Shown piece after piece: positions 28,331-37,765 of a stretch of 64,000 nucleotides of DNA (positions within the stretch are counted from its first letter, which is position 1; each line of letters begins with the position of its first letter). The translations under genes and the position numbers were made by a program. This stretch comes from Vulcanimicrobiota bacterium (lineage in GTDB: Bacteria > Vulcanimicrobiota > Vulcanimicrobiia > Vulcanimicrobiales > Vulcanimicrobiaceae), in NCBI GenBank assembly GCA_963695225.1, contig OY968762.1, forward strand, positions 608,001 through 672,000. Reading direction: 5' to 3'. The notes beneath the pieces were generated by a model. The model was not told the origin of the DNA and made no database searches. It saw nothing but the letters and a program-made list of their open reading frames with translations.

Positions 28331-29641
28331 ATGACACGGACTCCGGACGATCCAGAGACGCCCCCCGTCGAAGAAGGCGAGCGCATCGGCCGGCGCCGCT
28401 TTCTGCGCCGTGGCGCGACGCTCGCGAGCGGCATCGCGCTGGGCGCAAGCCTCAAGCCCGACGCCGCCGCAGCCGCCGACGGCTCCAATCTTCCGCCGAA
28501 CGTTCCGGAATGGATGAAAACGATCGGCGCCGGCGTCGATGACCCCCCCTACGGCGTGCCCTCGGCGTTCGAGAAGGACGTCGTGCGGCGCAACGTCTCG
28601 TGGTTGACCGCTACGACGCAGTCGTCCATCAGCTTCACGCCGTTGCAGGATCTCGACGGCATCATCACGCCGAACGGTTTGTGCTTCACGCGGCACCACG
28701 GCGGCGCTCCGACGATCGACCCCGCGCAACATCGTCTGATGCTCCACGGCCTCGTCGAACGGCCGCTCTTGCTGACCGTCGAGGACGTGATGCGCTTCCC
28801 CTCGCAGAGCCGCATCCATTTCCTCGAATGCCCCGCGAACGGCGGCATGGAGTGGAAAGGCGCGCAGATGCAGGGCGTGCAGTTCACGCACGGCATGGTG
28901 CATTGCTGCGAGTGGACCGGCGTGAAGCTCTCCGTCATCCTCGACGAGATCGGCGTCAAACCCGAAGCGAAATGGATTCTGGCGGAAGGTGCGGACGCGG
29001 CGGCGATGACGCGCAGCATCCCGATCGAGAAGGCGCGCGACGACGTGATGATCGCATGGTCGCAGAACGGCGAGCGGTTGCGTCCCGAGAACGGCTACCC
29101 GATCCGCCTCATCGTTCCGGGCTGGCAGGGAAACCTCAACGTGAAGTGGCTGCGCCGGCTGAAGTTCGGCGACAAGCCCTGGTTCACGCGCGAGGAAACG
29201 TCGAAGTACACGGACCTGATGCCCGACGGCAAGGCTCGCTACTTCGATTGGGTCCTCGAGACGAAGTCGGTCATCACCGCTCCCTGCCCCGAAAAGCCGC
29301 TCAAGGCCAAGGGCTTTCACGAGATCTCGGGACTCGCGTGGTCCGGGCGCGGGAAGATCGCGCGCGTCGACGTGTCCGTCGACGGCGGCAACAGCTGGAA
29401 GACCGCCGCCCTCGGCGAGCCGGTCCTCACGAAGTGTTTGACCCGTTTCCGCATCCCCTGGCACTGGGACGGGCATACGGCGTTCCTTCAGAGCCGAGCG
29501 ATCGACGAAACCGGGTACGTGCAGCCGACGATCCAGCAGCTCCGCGCCGTGCGCGGCGTGAACGCGGTCTACAACAGAAATGCGATTCAAACGTGGCGTA
29601 TCAATCCGAACGGAACGGTCGACAATGTCCAGATTGCGTAA
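28331..29641 (+). CDS. soxC: Sulfane dehydrogenase molybdoprotein SoxC
   Basis: GRRRFL Tat, FTPLQDLDGIITPNGL, RHHGG, FLECPANG, NGERLRPENGYP, LQSRAIDETGYVQP. Confidence 0.95.
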   Translation: MTRTPDDPETPPVEEGERIGRRRFLRRGATLASGIALGASLKPDAAAAADGSNLPPNVPEWMKTIGAGVDDPPYGVPSAFEKDVVRRNVSWLTATTQSSISFTPLQDLDGIITPNGLCFTRHHGGAPTIDPAQHRLMLHGLVERPLLLTVEDVMRFPSQSRIHFLECPANGGMEWKGAQMQGVQFTHGMVHCCEWTGVKLSVILDEIGVKPEAKWILAEGADAAAMTRSIPIEKARDDVMIAWSQNGERLRPENGYPIRLIVPGWQGNLNVKWLRRLKFGDKPWFTREETSKYTDLMPDGKARYFDWVLETKSVITAPCPEKPLKAKGFHEISGLAWSGRGKIARVDVSVDGGNSWKTAALGEPVLTKCLTRFRIPWHWDGHTAFLQSRAIDETGYVQPTIQQLRAVRGVNAVYNRNAIQTWRINPNGTVDNVQIA

Positions 29642-30566
29642 GACGATCGTCGCTTTGGCTGTTGCGGCAACACTTTCATGTGCGGTCGCGGCCTCGGCGG
29701 ATCAGCGTTACGGCTTCGGCCGGCCGCCGACGCAGCAGGAAATCTCCGGCTGGAATATCGACGCGCGCGGTCCCGACGGCAAAGGCCTTCCCCCGGGAAG
29801 AGGTTCGGTTAAGCAAGGCGAGCAGCTTTTCGCCGACAAGTGCGCGTCCTGCCACGGTGATTTCGGAGAGGGCAACGGGCGTATGCCGGAACTCGTCGGC
29901 GGCCGTGGCTCGCTCGCCAAAGAGAATCCGATCAAAACCGTCGGCAGCTATTGGCCGTATGCGCCGACGCTCTTCGATTACATCCGTCGAGCGATGCCGT
30001 TCACCGCGCCGCAGTCGCTATCGAACGACGAGGTGTACGCGCTGACCGCGTACATTCTCAACCTCAATGGGATCGTTCCACAGGGAGCCGTCCTCGACGC
30101 AGGTTCGGTCGCGGCGATCAAGATGCCGAACCGGAACGGCTTCGTTCCGGATCCTCGGCCCGACGTGCACAACGTCGCGTGCATGGCGAACTGCAAGCCC
30201 GGAGCGGTGAGGATCACGAGCGATCTCGCACGGACGTTGCAAGTCACTCCGAACCAGCAGGCGGCGACCGTCGCCTCTAATGCCCAAAGTGTTCCGCCGC
30301 CGAAGGAAGTGCCCTTCGCCTCGGTGCAGCGGATCGTCGCGGTTCGGTGCACCGTCTGCCATGCGGTGAAGCCTACGCAGCCGGGGATCACCTCCGCGCC
30401 GGCAGGCGTGAAGCTCGATACGCCCGAGCGAATCCGAGCTGCGGCGGCTCGCATCAACGCACGCGCGGTCGCGACGCAAGGGATGCCGCTCGGGAACGTG
30501 ACCCACATGACCGAGGAAGAGCGCACGCTGCTCGGCGCATGGATCGCCGGCGGAGCGAAGCTATGA
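29625..30566 (+). CDS. soxD: SoxD diheme cytochrome c
   Basis: PDGKGLPPGRGS, CASCHG, KTVGSYWPYAPTLFDYIRRAMP; second CTVCH domain at the C-terminus. Confidence 0.9.
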   Translation: MSRLRKTIVALAVAATLSCAVAASADQRYGFGRPPTQQEISGWNIDARGPDGKGLPPGRGSVKQGEQLFADKCASCHGDFGEGNGRMPELVGGRGSLAKENPIKTVGSYWPYAPTLFDYIRRAMPFTAPQSLSNDEVYALTAYILNLNGIVPQGAVLDAGSVAAIKMPNRNGFVPDPRPDVHNVACMANCKPGAVRITSDLARTLQVTPNQQAATVASNAQSVPPPKEVPFASVQRIVAVRCTVCHAVKPTQPGITSAPAGVKLDTPERIRAAAARINARAVATQGMPLGNVTHMTEEERTLLGAWIAGGAKL

Positions 30567-30670
30567 TTTGAAGATGAGATCCGTAGCCGCCCCTAATTCT
30601 ATGGCAACGGATTTCGCCGGGTAGGCACCGAAAGGGAGCCGACCGTTCGACCCCCTCCCGGAGGTTCACC

Positions 30671-31687
30671 GTGGTACAGCCCGGCTCTCAACCGCCCGAT
30701 GCTCGTCCTTCGCGGGGACGCTCTCGCGCCCGAACGGACCTTGCCGGCGGGCTGCAGTTGCAAGTCTTGAGAAGCTTCGTGCGCGTCGTCGAACTCGGCA
30801 GCATAACGCTCGCCGCGCGCTCGCTCTATCTCGCGCAGTCGGCGATTTCGATGCAACTCACCGGGCTCACCGCGCTGGTCGGATCGCCGCTGCTCGAGCG
30901 GCGCCAAGGGCGGCTCTTCCCAACGGATACGGGGCGCGTCGTCTACCGGGAAGCGCTCCGCGTTCTCGGCGCGGTCGTAGCACTCCAGGCAGCCGTCGAA
31001 CAGGAGCGCGAACCGGGGCGCGCCCCGCTCACGGTTTCTTGCAGCGACACGGTCTGCGACAACGTGATCGCTCGCATCGTCGCGGGCTTCCGCGAGCGGC
31101 ACGACGACGTCCGGCTGCGGGTCCTTCCCGGAACGATCGCCGAAGCCGTGGCTCGCCTGAAGGCGGGCGAGGCCGACGCGGCCCTGCTCGAAGGGCCGTT
31201 TTCGGAGCCCGCCGTCGAAACGCACGCCTTTCACAAGGATCGTCTCAAGCTCGTCGTTCCCGCCGGTCACCCGCTGGAGCAGTACAAGAGCGTGCCGTTC
31301 TGCCGGATCGTGCGCGAGCCGTTCGTGCTGCGCATGCCTCCGGCAGGAAGCCGCGCGTTGCTCCTCGAGCGCATCGGAGCAGAGCGACTCGCGAGTCTCG
31401 ACATCGTCCTCGAAGTCGCCAGCAGCGAAGCGATGCTTTCGTGCATCGAGGAGGGCGTCGGCGTCGGTTTTCTTTCGGATCGAACCGCAGCGCGCGCGCT
31501 CGCAGCCGGGACCGTTGCGATCATCGATATCGAGGATATCGATTTGACGCGGACCTTCTCCGTAGGCGTGCTCCGCACTCGCCCGATCTCGGACGCCACG
31601 CAGGCATTCGTCGCTTGGCTGATATCGGGGTACCAGTTGCCCTTCGCGCAGACTGCCGGAGGGAGCGGGCTCAGCCCTTCGGCGTAG
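30671..31687 (+). CDS. LysR-family transcriptional regulator (CysL-like)
   Basis: LRSFVRVVELGSITLAARSLYLAQSAISMQL HTH; true start may be ~90 nt downstream. Confidence 0.88.
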   Translation: MVQPGSQPPDARPSRGRSRARTDLAGGLQLQVLRSFVRVVELGSITLAARSLYLAQSAISMQLTGLTALVGSPLLERRQGRLFPTDTGRVVYREALRVLGAVVALQAAVEQEREPGRAPLTVSCSDTVCDNVIARIVAGFRERHDDVRLRVLPGTIAEAVARLKAGEADAALLEGPFSEPAVETHAFHKDRLKLVVPAGHPLEQYKSVPFCRIVREPFVLRMPPAGSRALLLERIGAERLASLDIVLEVASSEAMLSCIEEGVGVGFLSDRTAARALAAGTVAIIDIEDIDLTRTFSVGVLRTRPISDATQAFVAWLISGYQLPFAQTAGGSGLSPSA

Positions 31688-31805
31688 CGACGGCCGTTGC
31701 ACGTGAGGGGCGCCGTTGTGAGGCTCGCAGGGCAGGGAGGCTCTTGTACTGCGATAAACGTCGCTATGAGATCCGCCGCGATTCTGGTCCGGAGGCGTGC
31801 AAGTC

Positions 31806-33005
31806 ATGAAGCGGAGCCTCTTTCTCGGTAGCGGAGCGGCCCTCGGATTGACCGCATCCGCGCTCTTGCCAGCCCGCGCACAAGGGATCGTCGAGCAACC
31901 GTTCGCGAACGGCAGCCGACCCCTCGCGGTCTTTCCGCAGAAGCGCGCGCTCATCCAACTCTCAGCGCGCCCGCCGTTGCTGGAAACCCCCTTTCACATC
32001 TACGACGACGGCGTCTTCACGCCGAACGATGCGTTCTTCGTTCGTTGGCACTTGAGCGGCATCCCGACGACGGTCGACGGGGCAGCGCACCGCATCGCCG
32101 TCCGCGGGCTCGTTGCAAACCCGATGCAACTTAGCGTCGGCGATCTGCGCAAGGATTTCGAACCCGTCGAAATCGCGGCCGTCTGCCAATGCGCCGGCAA
32201 CGGCCGCGGCTTCTTCGAGCCGCGCGTCGCCGGCGGAGAATGGGCGAACGGCGCGATGGGGAACGCGCTGTGGAAAGGCGTGCGGCTGCGCGACATCCTC
32301 AAGAAGGCCGGGCTGCGCCCGGGGGCCGTTCAGGTGCGGTACCGCGGCTTGGAGCAGCCCGTCATCCCTGCGACGCCGGCGTTCGTCAAAGCGCTCGATA
32401 TCGACCGCGCGATGGACGACGACGTGCTCGTCGCATACGCGATGAATGGGCAGCCGCTACCCCTGCTCAACGGCTATCCCGTGCGCCTCGTCGTACCGGG
32501 TTTGTTCGCGACGTACTGGTGCAAGATGCTCGCGGACATCGAAGTGATCGACACCGTCGACGACAATTTTTGGATGAAGGCGGCCTACCGCATCCCCGAC
32601 ACGCCGAACGGAAGCGTCAGCCCGAGCGATACGGGCTACAAGACGATCCCGATCAACAAGATGCCCATCCGCTCGTTCATCACGAACGTTGCAAACGGTG
32701 CGACCCTCGCGGCCGGAACGCAGATGATTCGGGGCATCGCGTTCGATTCCGGGAGCGGCATCAAGAACGTTCAGTTCTCCAGCGACGGCGCCGCGACGTG
32801 GACCGACGCGACGCTCGAGGCCGATTACGGACGGTACAGTTTCCGGCGCTGGAACGCGCCGCTCGCCGTGGAGCGGGGCCGCTCCTACCAGCTCGCGGTG
32901 CGCGCCACGAGCGCATCGGGAGAGCAGCAGCCGCTGACGGCGGTGTGGAACCCGGGCGGCTACTTACGCAATTTGGTCGAGCGCGTCACGGTGGCGGGCG
33001 CGTGA
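31806..33005 (+). CDS. sorA: Sulfite:cytochrome c oxidoreductase molybdopterin subunit
   Basis: PFANGSRPLAVFPQKR, RPPLLETPF, TPNDAFFVRWH, CQCAGNGR, LNGYPVRL, WNPGGY. Confidence 0.85.
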   Translation: MKRSLFLGSGAALGLTASALLPARAQGIVEQPFANGSRPLAVFPQKRALIQLSARPPLLETPFHIYDDGVFTPNDAFFVRWHLSGIPTTVDGAAHRIAVRGLVANPMQLSVGDLRKDFEPVEIAAVCQCAGNGRGFFEPRVAGGEWANGAMGNALWKGVRLRDILKKAGLRPGAVQVRYRGLEQPVIPATPAFVKALDIDRAMDDDVLVAYAMNGQPLPLLNGYPVRLVVPGLFATYWCKMLADIEVIDTVDDNFWMKAAYRIPDTPNGSVSPSDTGYKTIPINKMPIRSFITNVANGATLAAGTQMIRGIAFDSGSGIKNVQFSSDGAATWTDATLEADYGRYSFRRWNAPLAVERGRSYQLAVRATSASGEQQPLTAVWNPGGYLRNLVERVTVAGA

Positions 33006-33358
33006 TGCGCCACGCGGCTCGACGCCGCCTCCTCATGCTTTCCCTGGCGGGCGCCGCATTCGCGCTCGCCGCGCCGCTTCTCGCAAGCGCGGCTCCGCGC
33101 GCGAGCGCGACGGTCACGATCCAATTGCCGCCCGACGGTATGTCGTTCAAGGACGGGCCGAACGTCATGCTCGTGCGCGCGAACTGCATGACCTGCCATT
33201 CTCCGGAGTACGTGTACCGGCAACCGCCGCTCACGAAAGCCCAATGGCTTGCCGAAGTGACGAAGATGCAGAAGGTCTACAAGGCGCCGATCCCCGACGA
33301 TGCGCTGGATCCGATCGCGACGTATCTCGTCTCGCAGAACGGACGCCCGGCGCCCTAA
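33005..33358 (+). CDS. sorB: Sulfite dehydrogenase cytochrome c subunit
   Basis: TGATG coupling to sorA; signal peptide; NCMTCHS..Y..QPP, EVTKM...YKAPI. Confidence 0.85.
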   Translation: MRHAARRRLLMLSLAGAAFALAAPLLASAAPRASATVTIQLPPDGMSFKDGPNVMLVRANCMTCHSPEYVYRQPPLTKAQWLAEVTKMQKVYKAPIPDDALDPIATYLVSQNGRPAP

Positions 33359-33362
33359 CTCA

Positions 33363-33737
33363 CTAGGGGAGTTGCACCGCCGCTAAGACAACGGGCGCGG
33401 CCGCCGGCAGCCAGCTCCGGTGGCCGCGCCCGTGCGTGTCCTCCAACAGGATCGCCGCGCCGGGAAGCGCGACGAACACGGCGCCGTCGGTCGTCTCGAA
33501 GTGCATCTCGCCGCTCAAGCAAAACAGCCACTGCCGCACCGGGCTCACGTGCAGCTCGCCCTTCCAGCCCGCGGAAAGATGGAGAAAGCGGTAATTCGCC
33601 GCCGCGTCCGGGGACGAGACGCCCAGCGGCGGGGCGGGCGGCGCAAACGCGGCCGGTTCAAACGCCGGCGCGACGCGCTCCATGTGCGATTCGCCGGCGG
33701 CATCGCTGAAGATGCGGACGTATTCGAAATTGCTCAT
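33363..33737 (-). CDS. Cupin-domain protein
   Basis: YVRIFSDAAGESH, HVSPVRQW, LLEDTHGRGHRS. Confidence 0.75.
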   Translation of the reverse strand: MSNFEYVRIFSDAAGESHMERVAPAFEPAAFAPPAPPLGVSSPDAAANYRFLHLSAGWKGELHVSPVRQWLFCLSGEMHFETTDGAVFVALPGAAILLEDTHGRGHRSWLPAAAPVVLAAVQLP

Positions 33738-33988
33738 CCGAGGAGGAGTATTCGCGTGAAGCGGATCGAGAACCATGCTGACGGCCGGAAGTTACGAACT
33801 CAAGGGAACGGCACGGGTGAACGTTGCCGGGCGCCGTTGCCGGCGCCATCCGGTAAAGGTTTGCGGTCCCGGCGTCAAGTTGCGCCCGGCTCCCCGCCAT
33901 AGTTTTTCTTACGAGGACGCAGCCACATGGATCGGCGCGGCGAATTCGACAATTCGGATCGCAACTTATCGTAGCCGAGGCCAGCATC

Positions 33989-34788
33989 TTGAAATTCCTC
34001 TTTCCGAATCGAACTGCTTCCCTCGCCGCGTTCGTGCTGGGGCTCACGGCTGCGTGCGGGTCCACGAACGTGGATTTCGAAACGATCGGAGCGATCACGC
34101 GAGTCGACGTCAACAATGCCGTCGGGACATTCAAGCCGGAATCCGTTCGCGATCCTCGCGAGATCGCGGCGCTCGTCGAGATCATGAATCAGAACCGGCA
34201 GGGCTGGGCGCGAGCGCGCCAAGAGACAGCGGGGCAGCCTGCGCTAAAGTGTGCGTACGGCATTGGCTTTTACGACAACGACAAGTGGGTCGGCGGAGTC
34301 TCGATCGGTGCCGACGGCTCGACCGTATCGCGCGCCCAGACGGAACTCGGCACACTCACCGTGTACAAATCGAACCCCGAGATGGTGCGAGCGATGCTCG
34401 CGGCGCTGAACAAGACGCTCTCGCAGGATCGTCTGACCCGGCCGTGCGCCATCGCACCGGTGATGAAGACGATATCGGTCGAGGAGCTGAAAGCTCTACG
34501 GGGTAGCGGAACGCCGTTTCTCTTAGTCGACGTTCGTGAACCCAGCGAGTTCGCCGCAGGCGCCATCCTCGGTGCGGTCAACATCCCGATGGGACAAGTC
34601 GAGAGCCGCCTCGCCGAGCTACCGAAGGACCGCGAGATCGTCGTGATGTGCCATTCGGGCCGCCGCAGCGGGATCGTTACCGAGCGTCTCAACGGCTCGG
34701 CTATACGAACGCAGTCAGCTTGACCGGCGGGATTGCGGCCTGGGCGGCTCGGGTCGATCCGAGCGTTTCATCCGCAGCCCGCCCCTGA
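33989..34788 (+). pseudogene. Putative lipoprotein domain in frame with a rhodanese domain; rhodanese C-terminus frameshifted
   Basis: LTAAC lipobox-like; DVREPSEF, CHSGRRS; 1-bp loss near 34694, shifted frame gives LGYTNAVSLTGGIAAWAARVDP to TGA 34788. Confidence 0.65.
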
Positions 34789-35009
34789 CGACGAGATGCA
34801 CACCCCTGGTCGCTCAAGTTGAACAACTGGATCTTTGGCCGCCTCCTTCACCCGTCGGATAGTGCGGTTCAACGAACTCGCGCAGCCGCGCCCAAGGGCG
34901 CGACCGCATCACTTTCCTCGAGAACGCGCGCGGCTGCAAAACTGGACCCGTGGTTCGGTGTATTCGCTGCGAGGCAGGACCGACTCATGTCGTCCTTAAG
35001 TCGGCAAAA

Positions 35010-35600
35010 GTGGATGCGCGCTCACTAAATCGACTGCGCGGCATTGGCCTTCGACTCGAATATGCAACGCTTGGCTGGAACGTTGTAGGCGTCTTCCTGA
35101 TCCTCTGGGCCGCTCTTGCTGCGAAATCAGTAGCGCTCGTCGGCTTCGGCCTCGATTCGCTCATCGAGATCGTCGCATCGATCGTCGTTGTGTGGCAGTT
35201 GACCGGAGTTGAGGCACATCGCGAGCAGCGCGCCTTGCGGCTTATAGGCGCGGCATTTCTTGCGCTAGCGATCTACGTGCTGGTGCAATCGAGTTACGTC
35301 CTCGCCGTTCAACTGCGGCCGAGCCCGTCGCCGGGCGGAATGGCGTGGCTCTCCTTGACGGTCATCGTGATGCTGACGCTAGCGTACGGCAAGCACGTCA
35401 CCGGCGGCAAGCTCGCAAACCCGGTCCTTTTGACCGAAGCACGCGTAACGTTAATCGACGCCGTTCTTGCCTTCGCGGTGCTCCTCGGCCTCGCGCTGAA
35501 TGCCGTGGTCGGGTGGTGGTGGGCTGACCCTCTCGCCGGCCTGCTAATCGTCTATTACGGTTTCCGCGAGGGCATTCACGCCTGGAACTCCGGCGCATAG
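35010..35600 (+). CDS. Cation efflux (CDF-like, TM-only) transporter
   Basis: SVALVGFGLDSLIE, GWWWADP, multiple TMs. Confidence 0.75.
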   Translation: MDARSLNRLRGIGLRLEYATLGWNVVGVFLILWAALAAKSVALVGFGLDSLIEIVASIVVVWQLTGVEAHREQRALRLIGAAFLALAIYVLVQSSYVLAVQLRPSPSPGGMAWLSLTVIVMLTLAYGKHVTGGKLANPVLLTEARVTLIDAVLAFAVLLGLALNAVVGWWWADPLAGLLIVYYGFREGIHAWNSGA

Positions 35601-35949
35601 CCGTCGAGGCTCACCCATGAATGACAACAAGTTGATCGTGATCCTGCCCCATCGTTCGGCGCCGGTTACGACCCCTGCAAAGCGTGGCCGCCGTTGCGTC
35701 CGAGATCGAGGCGAGCGATATCTCGCGGCGCCTATGCTCCGAGCACCACGATTCGGATTCAAACCAATAAGGGGAGCACTCCATCTTCCAAGCGCGCAGC
35801 GGTACCTCGAATCGCTCCACCTCGACCGCGAGTGCACGCGGCTCGAACGGGATCCCCGAAGACGACGCGCCGGCACGGTCCCATGCAAACGGTTCGCCAA
35901 CACGCCGTCATAGAATGGACAGGGCTCGCCATGCGCGAATTTGCACGAT

Positions 35950-36321
35950 ATGGAATCGATATCGGTCGAAGAGCTCAAGGAATTACAGGCGAGCGGCACG
36001 CCCTTCTTCTTGCTCGACGTTCGCGAGCCAAGCGAATTCGCGGCGGGGAAGATTGCCGGCGCCGTCAACATTCCGATGAACGACGTCGAACGCCGCCTGC
36101 GCGAGCTGCCCAAGGACCGCGACATCGTCGTGATGTGCCATTCGGGTGCCAGAAGCGCGCGGATCACCGCAGCACTCAACAGGCTAGGCTATAAGAACGC
36201 GGCCAACCTGGCCGGCGGGATCTCGGCTTGGTCGCGCCGGATCGATCCGCAGGTTTCATCCGGCGGGCCGTCGCTCGGCGGCCTGTTGAAAAGCCTCTTT
36301 GGATCGAACCGCCCGAACTGA
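35950..36321 (+). CDS. Single-domain rhodanese (sulfurtransferase)
   Basis: LLDVREPSEF, CHSGARS, NLAGGISAW. Confidence 0.92.
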   Translation: MESISVEELKELQASGTPFFLLDVREPSEFAAGKIAGAVNIPMNDVERRLRELPKDRDIVVMCHSGARSARITAALNRLGYKNAANLAGGISAWSRRIDPQVSSGGPSLGGLLKSLFGSNRPN

Positions 36322-36388
36322 CGCGCTCGAGAGCACTAACGAAACAGCTCGCCAAGCGCGGCTCAGGGCAGCGGCGTCACGAGCATAC

Positions 36389-37765
36389 TCAAAGAAGACC
36401 CGCGGCGAAGCGCAGCTCCGCCACTCCTTCGCGCAACGCCACCTTAGCGCCGACGAGTGCCTGCTGCGCGGAGGTCGCACGCAGCTCCGCATCCTGCAGT
36501 TCGAGTGCGGTTCCGACGCTGCCGCGATACCGCAACTGGGCGAGCCGCAGATTTTCCTGGGCAAGTGCGACGAATCTCGCGGCTGCCTCGACGCGGGCCT
36601 TCGCTTCGTTCACGCGCAGGTATGCCTGCCGGACCTGTAGCGCGATGCCGCTTTCGAGCTGCTGCACGCCCAGGCGAGCCTGATCGACGCCGGCGCGCGC
36701 GGCCGCGACCTGGCCCGCGCTGTATCCGTGATCGAACAGGGTCAGGGCGGCATTGACGCCGACGGAAAACTGGTTGTGATACCCGCTAACGACCGCCGGC
36801 TGCGTGTTCCCGTTCGCCACGACCAGGCTGACTTGCGGCAGCGATCCGGAGCGCGCTTGAGCGACGGCGTGCTCCGCCGCCGTTACGGAGGCACGCGCGG
36901 CAAGCAATTCTCCGCGGTTGTTCCGCGCGCTCTCGAGCAGCGAATCCAGCTTGAAATCCGGCGCGTCGCCGTCCAACTGGTCGGTCGGAGCATAAACCGT
37001 GTCGAGCGGTACGTTCAAGGTGTTGGCCAGGACGTTTCCCGCCAGCGCGACGCCGCTCGCGGCGGCGATCGCATCGACTTGCTGATTCGCAACTTCCGTT
37101 TGCGCGCGCAATACGTCCGCCTTCGGGATCTGCCCGGCCGCAAAGAGCTGATCGGCTTGCGTCGCGTGACCTTTCGCGACCTCGACCGCGCCGCGCGCTA
37201 CGGCATCGAACTGCTCGGCGGCCACGAGGTCGAAGTAGGCCTTCGTCGTCGCGTCGATCGTCGCAGCGCGAGCCTCGCGCGCGGAAGCTTCCGCCGCCGC
37301 CAACCCGGCCGCCGCTTGCGCGTAGCGCGCGGCCGATAGCCCACCGTCGTAGAGCTGGTATTGCAGCGCAACGAGCGGCACGTTCGTCGCTCGCGTCGTG
37401 CTAAACGGAATCGAACCGAACGGCGTGCTGAGTTCCGCGACGGGATCCACGTACTGATACGCATCGCGCAATTGCACGCCGGGGAGAAACGGCGCCGCCG
37501 CCTGACGAACCTGCGCCCGCGCCGCGGCAACGCCGACGGCGGCGGCCCGATAACTCAAGTTCTGCGCCAGCGCTAGGTCGATCGCCCGCTCGAGCGAGAG
37601 CGGAATCGCCGCGGGCGCCGCAGGGGATGCCGCAGGCGCGGGAGTTGCGGGAGTCGCCGCAGCGGCAGGAGCAGCAGCTCCGGCAGGCCCGGACGTTCCG
37701 GCGAAGCACGCCGCCGCGAGCGCGAAGCCGAGCGCTGCGACCCGCACGTGGGGAGGATCAAACAT
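36389..37765 (-). CDS. TolC-family outer membrane efflux protein
   Basis: Signal peptide, LSLERAIDLAL, AYFDL, RYRGSVGTALEL; last gene of MFP-RND operon. Confidence 0.88.
   Translation of the reverse strand: MFDPPHVRVAALGFALAAACFAGTSGPAGAAAPAAAATPATPAPAASPAAPAAIPLSLERAIDLALAQNLSYRAAAVGVAAARAQVRQAAAPFLPGVQLRDAYQYVDPVAELSTPFGSIPFSTTRATNVPLVALQYQLYDGGLSAARYAQAAAGLAAAEASAREARAATIDATTKAYFDLVAAEQFDAVARGAVEVAKGHATQADQLFAAGQIPKADVLRAQTEVANQQVDAIAAASGVALAGNVLANTLNVPLDTVYAPTDQLDGDAPDFKLDSLLESARNNRGELLAARASVTAAEHAVAQARSGSLPQVSLVVANGNTQPAVVSGYHNQFSVGVNAALTLFDHGYSAGQVAAARAGVDQARLGVQQLESGIALQVRQAYLRVNEAKARVEAAARFVALAQENLRLAQLRYRGSVGTALELQDAELRATSAQQALVGAKVALREGVAELRFAAGLL

Noticed and set aside
35601..35949. 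ORFs 35617..35913 and overlapping frames
   Set aside because: No recognisable domain or convincing RBS; treated as intergenic or decayed sequence
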